Shown here: piece by piece, positions 10,521-21,252 of the stretch | Numbering within the stretch: the first letter of the stretch is position 1 | How the letters are laid out: each line of letters begins with the position of its first letter | NCBI GenBank assembly: GCA_031377485.1 | Contig: JANMEX010000483.1 | Span: 1-46,349, forward strand | Reading direction: 5' to 3' | DNA: 46,349 nt | DNA from: Phyllobacteriaceae bacterium | GTDB taxonomy: Bacteria > Pseudomonadota > Alphaproteobacteria > Rhizobiales > Rhizobiaceae | The notes under the pieces: model-generated | What the model was told of the DNA's origin: nothing | The model's input: the letters and a program-made list of their open reading frames with translations, nothing else | Databases searched by the model: none | Translations under genes and position numbers: made by a program

Positions 10521-11273
10521 ATGAGCGAACATATTGAAGTCTCCCGCGACGGTGCGGTCAGCATCATCCGGATGAACCGTCCGGAAAAGAAAAATGCCAT
10601 CACACGCGCCATGTACGTGGCGATGACGCAGGCAATGCTGGCTGGCGAGGCTGACGACAGCGTGCGCTGCCATGTGATTTTGGGCGTGCCGGGCTCATTC
10701 TCTTCGGGCAATGACATGCAGGATTTCTTGGCTTACGCGACAAGCGGCTCCACCGAATTGCCGGAAGTCATCGGGTTCCTCCATGCGATGGCTGGCTTGA
10801 AGAAGCCGTTCATCAGCGGCGTGGATGGCCTTGCCATTGGCATCGGCACGACGATCAACCTGCACTGCGACTTGACGCTGGCAACCGAGCGTTCGCATTT
10901 TCGCACGCCTTTTGTCGATCTTGCTTTGGTGCCGGAAGCCGGGTCAAGCCTTCTGGTCCCGGCCATTGCCGGCCATCAAAGGGCGTTCGCGATGCTGGTG
11001 CTTGGCGAGGGATTCTCGGCGCGCCAAGCCAAGGATGCCGGACTGATCTGGGATATCGTCAGAGAAGACGAGCTCGACGCCCAAACTATCTCACTGGCCC
11101 AACGCATAGCCGCACGTGCGCCTGAGGCTGTTAAACTCACCAAAGCCCTGATGAAAAGCCAACCCGATGCGCTACTGCAGCGGATTAATGAAGAAGCGCG
11201 CTTGTTTTCTGAACGGCTGCGCTCAAGCGAGGCGCGCGACGCGTTCATGGCGTTCATGAGCCGGAAGAAATAG
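10521..11273 (+). CDS. Enoyl-CoA hydratase/isomerase family protein
   Basis: Crotonase-fold signature (RMNRPEKKNAIT, FSSGNDM, ISGVDGLAIGIGTT). It lies immediately downstream of the ACAD gene. Confidence 0.9.
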   Translation: MSEHIEVSRDGAVSIIRMNRPEKKNAITRAMYVAMTQAMLAGEADDSVRCHVILGVPGSFSSGNDMQDFLAYATSGSTELPEVIGFLHAMAGLKKPFISGVDGLAIGIGTTINLHCDLTLATERSHFRTPFVDLALVPEAGSSLLVPAIAGHQRAFAMLVLGEGFSARQAKDAGLIWDIVREDELDAQTISLAQRIAARAPEAVKLTKALMKSQPDALLQRINEEARLFSERLRSSEARDAFMAFMSRKK

Positions 11274-11276
11274 CCT

Positions 11277-11891
11277 TTAAGGATAAAGCCGCGACTTGGT
11301 CCAACCACCATCAACCGCCTCGAACTTGATGCGGTCGTGCAGGCGGAAGGCGCCGTCTTTCCAGAATTCGATCTCGACAGGCTTGATGCGGAAGCCTGAC
11401 CAGTTGGCCGGGCGCGGGATTTCACCGATCGGGTGTTTTGCCGTGAATTCGGCAACAGCCTTTTCAAGTGCGAAGCGGCTTTCGAGCGGGCGTGACTGTT
11501 TGGATGCCCAAGCGCCGATGCGAGAAAGACGGGGGCGTGAAGCGTAATATTCATCGGCCTCCGCGTCGCTTACCACTTCGACGATGCCGCGGATGCGGAC
11601 CTGACGGCGCAGCGACTTCCAGTGGAACAACAAGCCAGCTTTCATCGAGCCAAGAATCTCGCGGCCCTTGGCGCTTTCGAAATTTGTATAGAAAACAAAA
11701 CCGCGATCATCATGGCCCTTTAGCAGGACCATGCGGATATTTGGCAAGCCATCCGGATCGACCGTTGCTAGGGCCATGCCGTTCGGGTCATTGATTTCAG
11801 ACTTGGTCGCTTCGGCAAGCCATGCCTCGAACAAAGAATATGGCTCATTTGCCTCAGTGAAGTCACCGTTCGTTAACCCAGTCTCGCTCAT
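11277..11891 (-). CDS. pdxH: Pyridoxamine 5'-phosphate oxidase
   Basis: PdxH motifs: [33 protein letters not shown]. The internal ATG at 11891 gives the usual length of about 204 aa. Confidence 0.93.
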   Translation of the reverse strand: MSETGLTNGDFTEANEPYSLFEAWLAEATKSEINDPNGMALATVDPDGLPNIRMVLLKGHDDRGFVFYTNFESAKGREILGSMKAGLLFHWKSLRRQVRIRGIVEVVSDAEADEYYASRPRLSRIGAWASKQSRPLESRFALEKAVAEFTAKHPIGEIPRPANWSGFRIKPVEIEFWKDGAFRLHDRIKFEAVDGGWTKSRLYP

Positions 11892-11941
11892 GATTGCCCT
11901 TTGCGGTCGCACTTTATCGCCGTGTGGGGAGACATAGACCT

Positions 11942-12355
11942 TTGCGCCGAATTTTCCAGCGCCAGTTGACGGTTTTGATTGCGGTGCTGCCACTTGCCGC
12001 CTGCGGTTCGGCTGGCGGCTTGTCCAAGGTCGATGCTGACCCGTCTTTGGTCACGGGAGCAATTCAACAGGAAGCGCTGGAGGATTCGGCGAAAAATTCG
12101 GATGCCAATACAATCCGCAACGCAATTTCTGCCGCCAATCTAGATATGTCCGGCGGTGTTCCATTGCTCTGGGCCAACCGCGATACGGGCAGCCGCGGCA
12201 CGGTCAACCAGATTGACGAGAGCGAAAGAGACGGCATCGTCTGCCGGAAATTCGAGACTAGCCGCGAGAGTTTCGAAGGTGTTGCGCTTTATCACGGCAA
12301 TGTTTGCCTTGGCGCAGACCGGCAATGGTTCATGCAAGAGTTTGCTGCTCTATAG
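11942..12355 (+). CDS. Small outer-membrane or periplasmic lipoprotein (surface-antigen-like)
   Basis: Lipobox LPLAAC after a basic n-region. The C-terminal [10 protein letters not shown]...CRKFE block resembles small conserved surface-antigen proteins. The start is uncertain (TTG at 11942 or 11894, GTG at 11924). Confidence 0.6.
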   Translation: MRRIFQRQLTVLIAVLPLAACGSAGGLSKVDADPSLVTGAIQQEALEDSAKNSDANTIRNAISAANLDMSGGVPLLWANRDTGSRGTVNQIDESERDGIVCRKFETSRESFEGVALYHGNVCLGADRQWFMQEFAAL

Positions 12356-12450
12356 CGAGATTCCTTATCCCCTTTAAAAAACCCATGCTAAACCGCATAT
12401 AAGTGGCGAATCCGGTCCAAGGGGACCTTCTTTAAAATTGAGGACAAGTG

Positions 12451-13332
12451 ATGCGCGATCCCTATCAGGTGCTCGGCGTCGCAAAAGGTGCGAGCGAATC
12501 CGAGATCAAGTCGGCCTTCCGCCGTTTGGCAAAAAAATATCACCCGGATGCAAACCCGGATGATCCCAAAGCCAAGGAGCGGTTTGGCGAGGCGAATCAG
12601 GCCTATGAAATTGTCGGCGACAAAGCGCGCCGCAAACAGTTTGATGCCGGCGAAATCGACGGTGACGGCAAGCCCAAGTTTCAGGGTTTTACGGGCCAGG
12701 GCCAAGGTGCCGGTGACCCGTTCGCCGGTTTCCGCAATGCCGGCGGCGGTCGTCCGGGTGGTTTTGAGTTCCGGCAATCCGGTGGTTTTGGCGGCGCTGA
12801 AGATATTTTGAAAGAAATGTTCGGCGGCGGTGCACGTGCCCGCCAGCAAGCGCCCGCTCAAGATATTGCTTTTGATTTGCCGGTAACTCTCGAAGAAGCG
12901 TTCTCTGCAGCAAAGGTAGACGCACGGCTGCCGGACGGACGTTTGCTCGGCGTCAGCCTTCCCAAGGGTGTTGAAGACGGACAGCAAATTCGATTGAAGG
13001 GTCAGGGCACCGGCGGGCGCAGTGATGCGATAGCAACCGTCAAGCTGCGCCAGCACCCGGATTTTCGGCTTGATGGCAAAGATTTGCACGTTGAACTGCC
13101 GATATCGCTGAAAGATGCCGTGCTCGGCATCAAAGCTCCGGTGCGCACCCTGACTGGCAAAATTGCCGTTGGTGTTCCGGCGTGGTCGTCGTCCGACAAG
13201 GTTCTACGGCTTCGCGGCAAGGGCATGCTCAAGAAGGATGGATCACATGGCGATCTGCTTGTGCATGTCCGAATCATGTTGCCAGAGACTCCAGATGCTT
13301 CATTGGAAGCCTTTTTAAAGGCGCAACACTAA
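12451..13332 (+). CDS. J-domain co-chaperone without a zinc finger (CbpA-like DnaJ homologue)
   Basis: J domain (DPYQVLGV...KKYHPD), a G/F-rich linker and a DnaJ C-terminal substrate-binding domain, with no CxxCxGxG repeats. GAGGA lies 6 nt upstream of the ATG. Confidence 0.9.
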   Translation: MRDPYQVLGVAKGASESEIKSAFRRLAKKYHPDANPDDPKAKERFGEANQAYEIVGDKARRKQFDAGEIDGDGKPKFQGFTGQGQGAGDPFAGFRNAGGGRPGGFEFRQSGGFGGAEDILKEMFGGGARARQQAPAQDIAFDLPVTLEEAFSAAKVDARLPDGRLLGVSLPKGVEDGQQIRLKGQGTGGRSDAIATVKLRQHPDFRLDGKDLHVELPISLKDAVLGIKAPVRTLTGKIAVGVPAWSSSDKVLRLRGKGMLKKDGSHGDLLVHVRIMLPETPDASLEAFLKAQH

Positions 13333-13425
13333 CTCTGTAGTTGCCTCATGGCTTGAAGGCGACGGCTTCGTGTGCGATAGGGCGACAAAACCGCACAGCA
13401 TCTATCGTACACCGGAGTACAGCGA

Positions 13426-14244
13426 ATGACCTCTGCAAATGGCTTGATGGCCGGCAAACGCGGCTTGATCATGGGCCTTGCCAACAATCGCTCCATCGCA
13501 TGGGGCATTGCCAAGGCCGTTCACGCGCAAGGGGGAGAGATCGCTCTCACCTACCAGGGCGATGCGCTGAAAAAGCGTGTGGAGCCGCTGGCGGCTGAGC
13601 TTGGCGGCTACGTTGCAGGCCATTGTGATGTGTCTGACCAGTCAACCATTGATGCTGTGTTTGATAACCTGAAGGCAAAGTGGGGCAAGATCGATTTTCT
13701 GGTTCACGCCATTGGCTATTCCAACAAGGATGAGTTGACCGGTCGCTATGTCGAGACCAGCCGTGACAATTTCCTGATGACAATGGACATCTCGGTCTAT
13801 TCGTTCACCGCTGTCGCCAAGGCCGCTGAACCGCTGATGAGCGATGGCGGTTCAATGCTGACATTGACCTACTACGGCGCGGAAAAAGTCATGCCGCACT
13901 ATAACGTCATGGGCGTTGCAAAAGCTGCCCTTGAGGCCTCGGTGCGTTATCTGGCCGTGGATCTCGGCGGCAAGGGAATCCGCGTCAACGCGATTTCTGC
14001 CGGCCCCATCAAGACGCTTGCTGCCTCCGGCATTGGTGATTTCCGCTATATCCTCAAGTGGAATGAATATAATTCGCCGCTCAAGCGCACTGTGACCATC
14101 GAAGAAGTTGGCGATTCAGCACTTTATCTTCTGTCCAATCTTGGCCGTGCGGTTACTGGTGAAGTCATGCATGTGGATTCTGGCTATCATGTCGTAGGCA
14201 TGAAGGCCGTCGACGCGCCGGACATTTCGACGATCAAAGATTGA
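13426..14244 (+). CDS. fabI: Enoyl-[acyl-carrier-protein] reductase (NADH)
   Basis: GKRGLIMGLANNRSIAWGIA N-terminus, and a Y...YNVMGVAKAALE catalytic Tyr/Lys segment typical of FabI. Confidence 0.95.
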   Translation: MTSANGLMAGKRGLIMGLANNRSIAWGIAKAVHAQGGEIALTYQGDALKKRVEPLAAELGGYVAGHCDVSDQSTIDAVFDNLKAKWGKIDFLVHAIGYSNKDELTGRYVETSRDNFLMTMDISVYSFTAVAKAAEPLMSDGGSMLTLTYYGAEKVMPHYNVMGVAKAALEASVRYLAVDLGGKGIRVNAISAGPIKTLAASGIGDFRYILKWNEYNSPLKRTVTIEEVGDSALYLLSNLGRAVTGEVMHVDSGYHVVGMKAVDAPDISTIKD

Positions 14245-14855
14245 GCGACGACAGTTTGGACTGGTCAAAGCTTCCTCTCATCTGGTTTTGCCGACATGGC
14301 GAAACAGCCTGGAACGCCGAAGGGCGGGTTCAGGGCCAATATGACACGGACCTCAACGAGACCGGCAAACTTCAGGCCAATGCCAACGGGCTCAAGCTCA
14401 AGGCACTCATTCCTGATCCTTCGCCGTTTGTTTTTATCGCCAGCCCGCTCAAGCGCACCCGAGAAACGATGGAACGCATCCGCTTCGGGATGGATCTCCC
14501 CCGCGAAGGCTACTTGCTTGATGGGCGATTGAAGGAAGTGCATTTCGGCGATTGGCAAGGCTTCACGCTTGCCGAAATCTCCATGGTGCATCCCGAACTC
14601 CTCGAGGCGCGGCACCGGAACAAATGGGATTTCCTCCCGCCGGGCACGGATGCTGAAAATTATCATATGCTGGCGGACCGGTTTGCCGGATGGCTGGAAA
14701 CCGTCGATGCGCCCACAGTGTGCGTAACGCACGGGGGCGTCATCCGCAGCCTGTTTCATCTCATCGAAGGAATAGGGGGCGAAGAAGCCTCGCGGCTTTC
14801 CGTGCCACAAGATCAGGTGTTGCGGCTTCAGCACGGAAAACTCGAGTGGTTTTGA
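14241..14855 (+). CDS. Histidine phosphatase (phosphoglycerate-mutase superfamily) protein
   Basis: RHGETAWN catalytic motif and a downstream THGGVIRS. The TTG start overlaps the fabI stop by 4 nt. Confidence 0.85.
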   Translation: MSDDSLDWSKLPLIWFCRHGETAWNAEGRVQGQYDTDLNETGKLQANANGLKLKALIPDPSPFVFIASPLKRTRETMERIRFGMDLPREGYLLDGRLKEVHFGDWQGFTLAEISMVHPELLEARHRNKWDFLPPGTDAENYHMLADRFAGWLETVDAPTVCVTHGGVIRSLFHLIEGIGGEEASRLSVPQDQVLRLQHGKLEWF

Positions 14856-15247
14856 CGGCCAATCCGCCGAATCACATTCAACTGATCCGCCAAGCCGCTA
14901 TTTTCAAATCCATGATTCCCATGCCCGCGAACCAAGTTCCGGCGCAAACGCGATCGCTGTGAAACGGCCGGGGCGCGAATTGGTCCCACAAAGCAATGCA
15001 ACCAATCCGAGGTTGATATTCATGAAGTTTATTTGAAATATTTGTGACATCATACAATTAGTCGGCAAAAATAGTGTGATAAAACAGTTACATAGCATTT
15101 TCAATTTTCCCATTGATGCACGTAAATCGTGCAGCCGTATTGATTGTGACATGTCCTCCTGTCAGTTGGACGGCGGGGTGGCGGGCTGTTCTCCAGTGGT
15201 CCGGCATGCCTCTTGAAACAAAAGAGACATCAAACGGAGTTATCCAA

Positions 15248-16252
15248 ATGAACATCAAGAGCCTTCTCATCGGCTCCGCGGCAGCACTCGTTGCCGTTTC
15301 CGGCGCGCGCGCTGCTGACGCGGTCGTCGCTGAACCTGAAGCTGTCGAATATGTCCGCGTTTGCGACGCATATGGCTCCGGCTTCTTCTACATCCCGGGC
15401 ACCGAAACCTGCCTCAAGATCGGCGGCTATGTCCGTTACGACATCGGCTTCGGTGAATTGAATGGCTTCAACGACGCATTCAAGAAGAAGGCCCGCTTCT
15501 CGTTTCGCACCACGACAAAAGCCGACACTGAACTTGGCACGCTGACAACCTACACCGAGACACGCTTCAATTTTGCCACCGATGCCATTGGTGATGAAGG
15601 CTCAAACTCCAGCTCGCTCAACTTCGCCTACATCGAACTCGGCGGCTTGCGCATCGGCAAGGATGAATCCGCGTTTTCGACATTTACCAACTATGCCGGC
15701 GGCGTCATTGCCGATGACCAGATTTCTTACGGCCCGTTTGACACAACCCTCATCAGCTACACCTTCACTGGCGGCAATGGCTTCTCGGCGATCCTGTCGC
15801 TTGAAGACGACAACGCAACCGGCGACGGCTACGTTCCGGATGTTGTTGTTGGCGCCAAGTACGCTGCTGGTGATTTTGGTGTAACCGGTGTTGTTGGTTA
15901 CGACGAGTCGACCTCCGAATTCGGTGGCAAGCTGCGTGTTGATGCCAAGTTCGGCGCCTTCTCGCTGTTCGTCATGGGCGGCTACGGCACGGACGACACG
16001 TTCGCAACCAGCCGTTTCAAGCCATGGGGCGGAAACTACGCAATCTGGGGCGGCGGATCTGCCAAAATATCGGACAAGGCCACCTTTAACGTCCAGCTCG
16101 CGTACGACGAAAGCAAGACCTTTGCTGCTGCAGCAAACGTAGCCTACGAAGTTGTTTCAGGCTTCAAGGTGACAACAGAAGTTGATTATACCGACAAGGC
16201 TTCCTCAAAGGGCAAGTTTGGCGGCACCATTCGCTTCCAGCGTTCATTCTGA
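15248..16252 (+). CDS. Outer-membrane porin, Porin_2 family (Rhizobiales Omp2/RopA type)
   Basis: Signal peptide MNIKSLLIGSAAALVAVSGARA, the conserved AEPEAVEYVRVCDAYGSGFFYIPGTETCLKIGGYVR block and a C-terminal F. The ORF-track N-terminal extension was discarded. Confidence 0.92.
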   Translation: MNIKSLLIGSAAALVAVSGARAADAVVAEPEAVEYVRVCDAYGSGFFYIPGTETCLKIGGYVRYDIGFGELNGFNDAFKKKARFSFRTTTKADTELGTLTTYTETRFNFATDAIGDEGSNSSSLNFAYIELGGLRIGKDESAFSTFTNYAGGVIADDQISYGPFDTTLISYTFTGGNGFSAILSLEDDNATGDGYVPDVVVGAKYAAGDFGVTGVVGYDESTSEFGGKLRVDAKFGAFSLFVMGGYGTDDTFATSRFKPWGGNYAIWGGGSAKISDKATFNVQLAYDESKTFAAAANVAYEVVSGFKVTTEVDYTDKASSKGKFGGTIRFQRSF

Positions 16253-16270
16253 TCAATTCTGCGCCTAAAG

Positions 16271-16299
16271 AAAAAGGCGGCTGAAAAGCCGCCTTTTTT
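16271..16299. terminator. Bidirectional rho-independent terminator between the porin gene and the DUF1344 gene
   Basis: Perfect 11-bp stem AAAAAGGCGGC/GCCGCCTTTTT with a 6-nt loop. A-run and T-run flanks serve both strands. Confidence 0.85.
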
Positions 16300-16320
16300 A
16301 CATTAATACACAGGAAAGCG

Positions 16321-16572
16321 TTAATCGGCCTTCTCAATGTCCGTGACGATCTTGTCTTCACCGGACACGTCATAAACGACCATGACCTTCATATCCGGCG
16401 AGATTACCGTGTAGTCAAACTCACCCGGCAGCTTGTAAACATTGCCATCGTCAAGTTTGAGCGACTGATTGCTCTCGTCAATAGAAACGATCTTGCCTGT
16501 CGCTTCGTCAGCCTGCGCAGTGTGCGGCAGTGCGAAAATTAGGGCGGCGATCAAAAAAGCCATTTTCTTCAT
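16321..16572 (-). CDS. Small secreted protein, DUF1344-like
   Basis: Signal peptide MKKMAFLIAALIFALPHTAQA, then a GKIVSIDESNQSLKLDDGNVYKLPGEFD pattern as in the short Rhizobium/Brucella DUF1344 proteins. Confidence 0.65.
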   Translation of the reverse strand: MKKMAFLIAALIFALPHTAQADEATGKIVSIDESNQSLKLDDGNVYKLPGEFDYTVISPDMKVMVVYDVSGEDKIVTDIEKAD

Positions 16573-16752
16573 TGTGTTCTCCTCTTCGACCGTCATACGG
16601 ATGTTTTGGACAGATTATGTCTTGAACCGGTATACACAATAGGAATGTGTCAAAAGAAGTGCCAGACCATGACGTTTTTAGGAATTGCTGCGGTTTGACA
16701 TCGTGTGGTTAAGGCAAATAAAACGTGCCACCACTCATGAAGGCAATATCAT

Positions 16753-17847
16753 ATGTCCCATAATACGTTCGGCCATCTGTTCCGGGTAACCACCTGGGGC
16801 GAAAGCCACGGCCCCGCGCTCGGCTGTGTTGTCGATGGTTGCCCTCCGGGTATCGAGTTCACTCTGGCTGAAATCCAGGACTATCTGGACAAGCGTAAAC
16901 CGGGACAATCCAAATTCACCACGCAGCGGCGTGAGGCGGACGAAGTCAAGGTTCTTTCCGGCGTGATGCTGAAGGACGATGGCGTGACCATGGTCGCGAC
17001 CGGAACACCCATTTCCATGCTGATCGAAAATACAGATCAACGCTCCAAAGACTACGGGGATATTGCCAAGCGTTACCGCCCCGGCCACGCCGACTACGTT
17101 TATGATGCCAAATACGGCATCCGCGACTATCGCGGTGGCGGCCGCTCCTCTGCGCGCGAGACGGCGGCGCGGGTGGCAGCTGGCGCAATTGCACGCAAGA
17201 TCGTGCCCGGAATGCAAGTTCGTGCAGCATTGATCCAGATGGGCACACTGAAGATCGACCGCAGTCGTTGGGATTGGGCGGAAGTTGAAAACAACCCGTT
17301 CTTTTCCCCCGATGCAGCAAGTGTCGATCAATTTGCCGCCTATCTTGATGGCATCCGCAAGGATGGCTCTTCGATTGGTGCGGTCATCGAAGTTATCGCT
17401 GATGGCGTTCCGGTTGGCCTTGGCGCGCCGGTCTATGGCAAACTCGATCAGGATATTGCTTCCAACCTCATGTCGATCAATGCCGTCAAAGGCGTTGAGA
17501 TTGGCGACGGCTTTAGTGCGGCAGAACTTACTGGTGTCGACAATGCCGACGAGATGCGCATGGGCGCGGACGGCAATCCGGTGTTCCTGTCCAATCATGC
17601 CGGCGGTATTTTGGGTGGAATTTCGACCGGCCAGCAAGTCGTCGCGCGATTTGCTGTCAAGCCAACATCGTCACTGCTCATCCCCCGTCGCTCAATTGAC
17701 TCGGACGGTAACGAGGTTGACGTCATTACCAAAGGCCGCCACGACCCGTGTGTCGGTATCAGGGCAGTGCCAATTGGCGAAGCCATGGTAGCGTGCGCCG
17801 TGGCTGACCATTATTTGCGCCATCGCGGCCAAACCGGACGGATTTGA
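16753..17847 (+). CDS. aroC: Chorismate synthase
   Basis: [21 protein letters not shown]-terminus, plus [11 protein letters not shown] and RHDPCV motifs. Confidence 0.96.
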   Translation: MSHNTFGHLFRVTTWGESHGPALGCVVDGCPPGIEFTLAEIQDYLDKRKPGQSKFTTQRREADEVKVLSGVMLKDDGVTMVATGTPISMLIENTDQRSKDYGDIAKRYRPGHADYVYDAKYGIRDYRGGGRSSARETAARVAAGAIARKIVPGMQVRAALIQMGTLKIDRSRWDWAEVENNPFFSPDAASVDQFAAYLDGIRKDGSSIGAVIEVIADGVPVGLGAPVYGKLDQDIASNLMSINAVKGVEIGDGFSAAELTGVDNADEMRMGADGNPVFLSNHAGGILGGISTGQQVVARFAVKPTSSLLIPRRSIDSDGNEVDVITKGRHDPCVGIRAVPIGEAMVACAVADHYLRHRGQTGRI

Positions 17848-17849
17848 AA

Positions 17850-18944
17850 ATGTCGTATGACCAGAAAAAAGTAGTTGCAGCCATCCGCGCCTTTGAACGC
17901 GGCGAAATCGTTGTCGTGATGGATGATGACGGGCGCGAGAACGAGGGCGATCTGATTGTTGCTGCCGTTCACTGCACGCCTGAAAAGATGGGTTTCATTG
18001 TTCGCCATACATCGGGCATCGTTTGCACGCCGATGCCACGCGAAGAGGCCAAGCGCTTAAATCTTTCGCCGATGGTTGCCGACAATGATTCGGCCCACAC
18101 GACTGCTTTTACGGTGTCTGTCGATTACAAGCATGGCACCACAACCGGCATTTCCGCCGAAGACCGCACGCTGACCGCACGCGGGCTTGCCAATCCGAAT
18201 TCCGGCGCATCCGATTTCGTCCGCCCAGGCCATATTTTTCCGCTGATCGCGCGCGAAGGCGGGGTGCTGATGCGCTCCGGCCATACAGAAGCGGCGGTGG
18301 ACCTGTGCAAACTCGCCAACCTGCCACCCATCGGCGTCATCTGTGAGTTGGTCAACGATGATGGTTCGGTCATGCGTGGGCCGCAAGTCAAGGCCTTTGC
18401 TGACAAGAACGGTCTCAAACAGGTCACTGTTGCCGACCTTATCGCTTATCGCCAGCGCAAGGAAACTCTGATCAAGCGTGTCGATTCTTTCCTGATCGAG
18501 ACCGAGGGCGGCACGGCGCAGGCACATGCCTATTCACTTCCATGGGACCCGATGCAGCATCTGGCCATCGTGTTCGGCGATATCCGCGACGGCGAGGACG
18601 TGCCGGTGCGGCTGCATCCGGAAAATGTCGCCAAGGATGTGTTCGGCGCTGGCACCACACTGACGGCCATCATGAAGGACATGGGCGCCAACAAGCGCGG
18701 TGTTATCGTTTACCTGCGCGAAGGTTCGGTCGGTGTTGGCCACCAGACTCGCAGCCGTCCCGAACAGGGCGAGGCTCATGCCGAAGCCAAGGTCCGCGAA
18801 AACGAGTGGCGCGAGATCGGCCTTGGTGCACAGATTTTGAAGGATCTCGGCGTCACATCCATCCGGTTGCTGGCTTCGCGCGAGCGCCATTATGTCGGAC
18901 TTGATGGGTTCGGCATTGCAATCGCGGCAACGGAAATTCTCTGA
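17850..18944 (+). CDS. ribB: 3,4-dihydroxy-2-butanone-4-phosphate synthase fused to a degenerate GTP-cyclohydrolase-II-like domain
   Basis: The DHBP synthase core is present ([34 protein letters not shown]). The C-terminal half aligns to RibA but contains no cysteines. The gene starts 2 nt after the aroC stop. Confidence 0.9.
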   Translation: MSYDQKKVVAAIRAFERGEIVVVMDDDGRENEGDLIVAAVHCTPEKMGFIVRHTSGIVCTPMPREEAKRLNLSPMVADNDSAHTTAFTVSVDYKHGTTTGISAEDRTLTARGLANPNSGASDFVRPGHIFPLIAREGGVLMRSGHTEAAVDLCKLANLPPIGVICELVNDDGSVMRGPQVKAFADKNGLKQVTVADLIAYRQRKETLIKRVDSFLIETEGGTAQAHAYSLPWDPMQHLAIVFGDIRDGEDVPVRLHPENVAKDVFGAGTTLTAIMKDMGANKRGVIVYLREGSVGVGHQTRSRPEQGEAHAEAKVRENEWREIGLGAQILKDLGVTSIRLLASRERHYVGLDGFGIAIAATEIL

Positions 18945-19016
18945 AATCGGGCGCTTGCCGGATTTGGGAGTCTGACGTAATCCTCAGGTGGGGCGCTGGA
19001 TTCAAGGATTCTGGCT

Positions 19017-20006
19017 ATGTGGGACTTCAGTATTTCCAAGACACTTGGCATCATGATGAAAACGATGCCGTTCATCCTGTTTCGGATGGTCGTGTTTTTC
19101 GGCATCACCATTGCCTATATTTTCGCGACTGGCACTGGCGGGGCGATAGGCTACGGGGTTGGCCATGTCTCTTCTGACCCTGATGCCCAAGGCACGTTTA
19201 CCGTTTGGGGCGCAGTGATCGGCTTCGGTGTCGTCTCAGTGGCCGTTTATTGGATCCGCGAATATGTCCTTTACATTGTCAAAGCCGGTCATATCGCCGT
19301 CATGGTTGAACTGTTGCAAGGCAAGGAATTGCCAATGGGCCGCAGCCAGATTGACCATGCCAAGGCGGTTGTGACCGAGCGGTTTGTCGAAACCAACGTC
19401 CTTTTCGCCGTCGACCAATTGATCAAGGGCGTGATCGGCGCTGTTACCGGATTGATCGGCGGAATTGCCGCATTTTTGCCGATACCGGGGCTCGATGGTC
19501 TGGTGAAATTCATCAACACCATCATTCGCATGTCGCTGACTTTTGTTGATGAAATCGTCCTTGGCTATGCCATCAAGACTGGAAGCACCAATCCGTGGGC
19601 CAGCGCGCGCACCGGCATTGTGCTTTATGCGCAGAACGGCAAGACTATGGTGAAAAACGCCATCTGGCTGTCCGTATTCATGTGGATCGTCTCCATTGCG
19701 GTGTTCCTCCTTTTTCTCGCCCCGGCGGCGAGCTTGCTCTATTTCTTTCCAGGACAGGCCGGCGGTTGGGGTTTCGTGATCGCGATCGTTTTTGCATGGT
19801 CATTCAAGGCCGCATTGCTTGAGCCATTTGCGATTGCCGCGTTAATGGATGTCTACTTCCGCGTCATCGAAGGCCAACAGGCCAATCCCGAATGGGAGCG
19901 CAAACTCGATAGCGCGTCAGGCAAATTCCGTGACCTTGGCGGCAAGGCCATGGACTGGGTGAGGGGTAAGCCGTCCGGTGGACAACAGCCCGGTTCGACG
20001 ATCTGA
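19017..20006 (+). CDS. Multi-pass membrane protein of unknown function
   Basis: 329-aa ORF with coding-like composition and at least four long hydrophobic segments. I recognise no catalytic motif. Confidence 0.7.
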   Translation: MWDFSISKTLGIMMKTMPFILFRMVVFFGITIAYIFATGTGGAIGYGVGHVSSDPDAQGTFTVWGAVIGFGVVSVAVYWIREYVLYIVKAGHIAVMVELLQGKELPMGRSQIDHAKAVVTERFVETNVLFAVDQLIKGVIGAVTGLIGGIAAFLPIPGLDGLVKFINTIIRMSLTFVDEIVLGYAIKTGSTNPWASARTGIVLYAQNGKTMVKNAIWLSVFMWIVSIAVFLLFLAPAASLLYFFPGQAGGWGFVIAIVFAWSFKAALLEPFAIAALMDVYFRVIEGQQANPEWERKLDSASGKFRDLGGKAMDWVRGKPSGGQQPGSTI

Positions 20007-20045
20007 CGGTAGACGGAACGGAACAAAGCTTTATTGTTCCGTTCC

Positions 20046-20975
20046 ATGACAACAAATCTCTACACCCATCCCATCTTCCTTGAGCATCTCACTCCTGCCG
20101 GCCACCCCGAGCGACCTGACCGGTTGCGGGCGTTGGAGAAGGCTTTGTCTGAACCCAAGTTCGATGCGCTGATCCGCCTCGAAGCGCCGCGCGGGCGCGA
20201 GGAGGATGTGTTCCTTGCCCATCCGGAATCGCACATGGCCTTCGTGGCGTCGCTCATCCCCGAGACCGGGATGCGGCGGCTTGATGAGGATACGATTGCC
20301 AGCCCACAGACATTTGAAGCGGTGATGCATGCAATTGGCGGGGTCACCGCCGGAATTGACGCTGTTTTTGGCGGCACCGCGCACAATGCTTTTATCGCCT
20401 CGCGCCCACCCGGCCATCACGCCGAGCGCGAGACGGCAATGGGTTTTTGCTTCTTCAACCACATCGCCATTGCAGCCCGCTATGCACAGGAAAAGCATGG
20501 CGCTGAGCGGGTGGCGATTGTTGACTGGGACGTGCACCACGGCAATGGCACGCAAGATATTTTCTGGTCCGACCCGAGCATTCTCTACGCCTCCACGCAT
20601 CAGTTTCCGCTTTTTCCGGGAACGGGCGCGCTCAATGAAACAGGCGTGAAGAACAATATTGTCAACGCTCCATTGTCGGCCGAAACCGGCTCGGAGACCT
20701 TTCGTGAAGCGCTCGAATCCAGGGTGTTTCCTGCATTAGAAAATTTCAAGCCCGATCTCGTGCTGATCTCCGCCGGATTTGACGCCCACATGCGTGATCC
20801 GCTGGCCGACATCAACCTCACCGAAGTTGACTTTGACTGGGCGACCGGAAAATTGATGGATATTGCCGGACGGTTTTCATCAAACCGCCTCGTTTCCATC
20901 CTGGAAGGCGGCTATGATCTTCAAGGATTGAGTCTTTCGGCCGCTGCGCATGTCAGCCGCCTGATGCGAGGGTGA
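20046..20975 (+). CDS. Histone deacetylase-family amidohydrolase (acetoin-utilisation/HDAH-like)
   Basis: [18 protein letters not shown] and EGGYD motifs of the arginase/deacetylase superfamily. Confidence 0.92.
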   Translation: MTTNLYTHPIFLEHLTPAGHPERPDRLRALEKALSEPKFDALIRLEAPRGREEDVFLAHPESHMAFVASLIPETGMRRLDEDTIASPQTFEAVMHAIGGVTAGIDAVFGGTAHNAFIASRPPGHHAERETAMGFCFFNHIAIAARYAQEKHGAERVAIVDWDVHHGNGTQDIFWSDPSILYASTHQFPLFPGTGALNETGVKNNIVNAPLSAETGSETFREALESRVFPALENFKPDLVLISAGFDAHMRDPLADINLTEVDFDWATGKLMDIAGRFSSNRLVSILEGGYDLQGLSLSAAAHVSRLMRG

Positions 20976-20977
20976 CC

Positions 20978-21223
20978 ATGGCAGACGATATGAACGCTGA
21001 TATCAAGGCGATGAGTTTTGAAACGGCGCTGGCGGAACTGGAAAAGATCGTCGGCAATCTCGAGCGCGGGGATGTTGATCTGGAACAGTCGATCCGGATC
21101 TATGAACGTGGCGAAGCGCTGAAGAAACATTGCGGCGACTTGTTGAAAGTGGCTGAAGACAAGGTGGAAAAGATCAGGCTGAGCCGCGATGGCAAGCCGA
21201 TTGGCGTTGAACCGCTGGATTAA
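20978..21223 (+). CDS. xseB: Exodeoxyribonuclease VII small subunit
   Basis: An ~81-aa protein with the [32 protein letters not shown] signature. The start could instead be the GTG at 20972, which overlaps the upstream stop. Confidence 0.92.
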   Translation: MADDMNADIKAMSFETALAELEKIVGNLERGDVDLEQSIRIYERGEALKKHCGDLLKVAEDKVEKIRLSRDGKPIGVEPLD

Positions 21224-21252
21224 GTGCGTTTCACAAACTGAGGGAAACCGAT

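Noticed and set aside
12356-12450. Sigma-32-type heat-shock promoter upstream of the CbpA-like J-protein gene
   Set aside because: A CCCATGCT element resembles the -10 box, but the only CTT-containing -35 candidate is about 12 nt away instead of about 17.
16735-17637. 300-aa minus-strand ORF
   Set aside because: It is antisense to aroC, whose identity is unambiguous, and has non-coding-like composition.
17800-17850. FMN riboswitch upstream of ribB
   Set aside because: There is no leader. The ribB ATG is 2 nt after the aroC stop.
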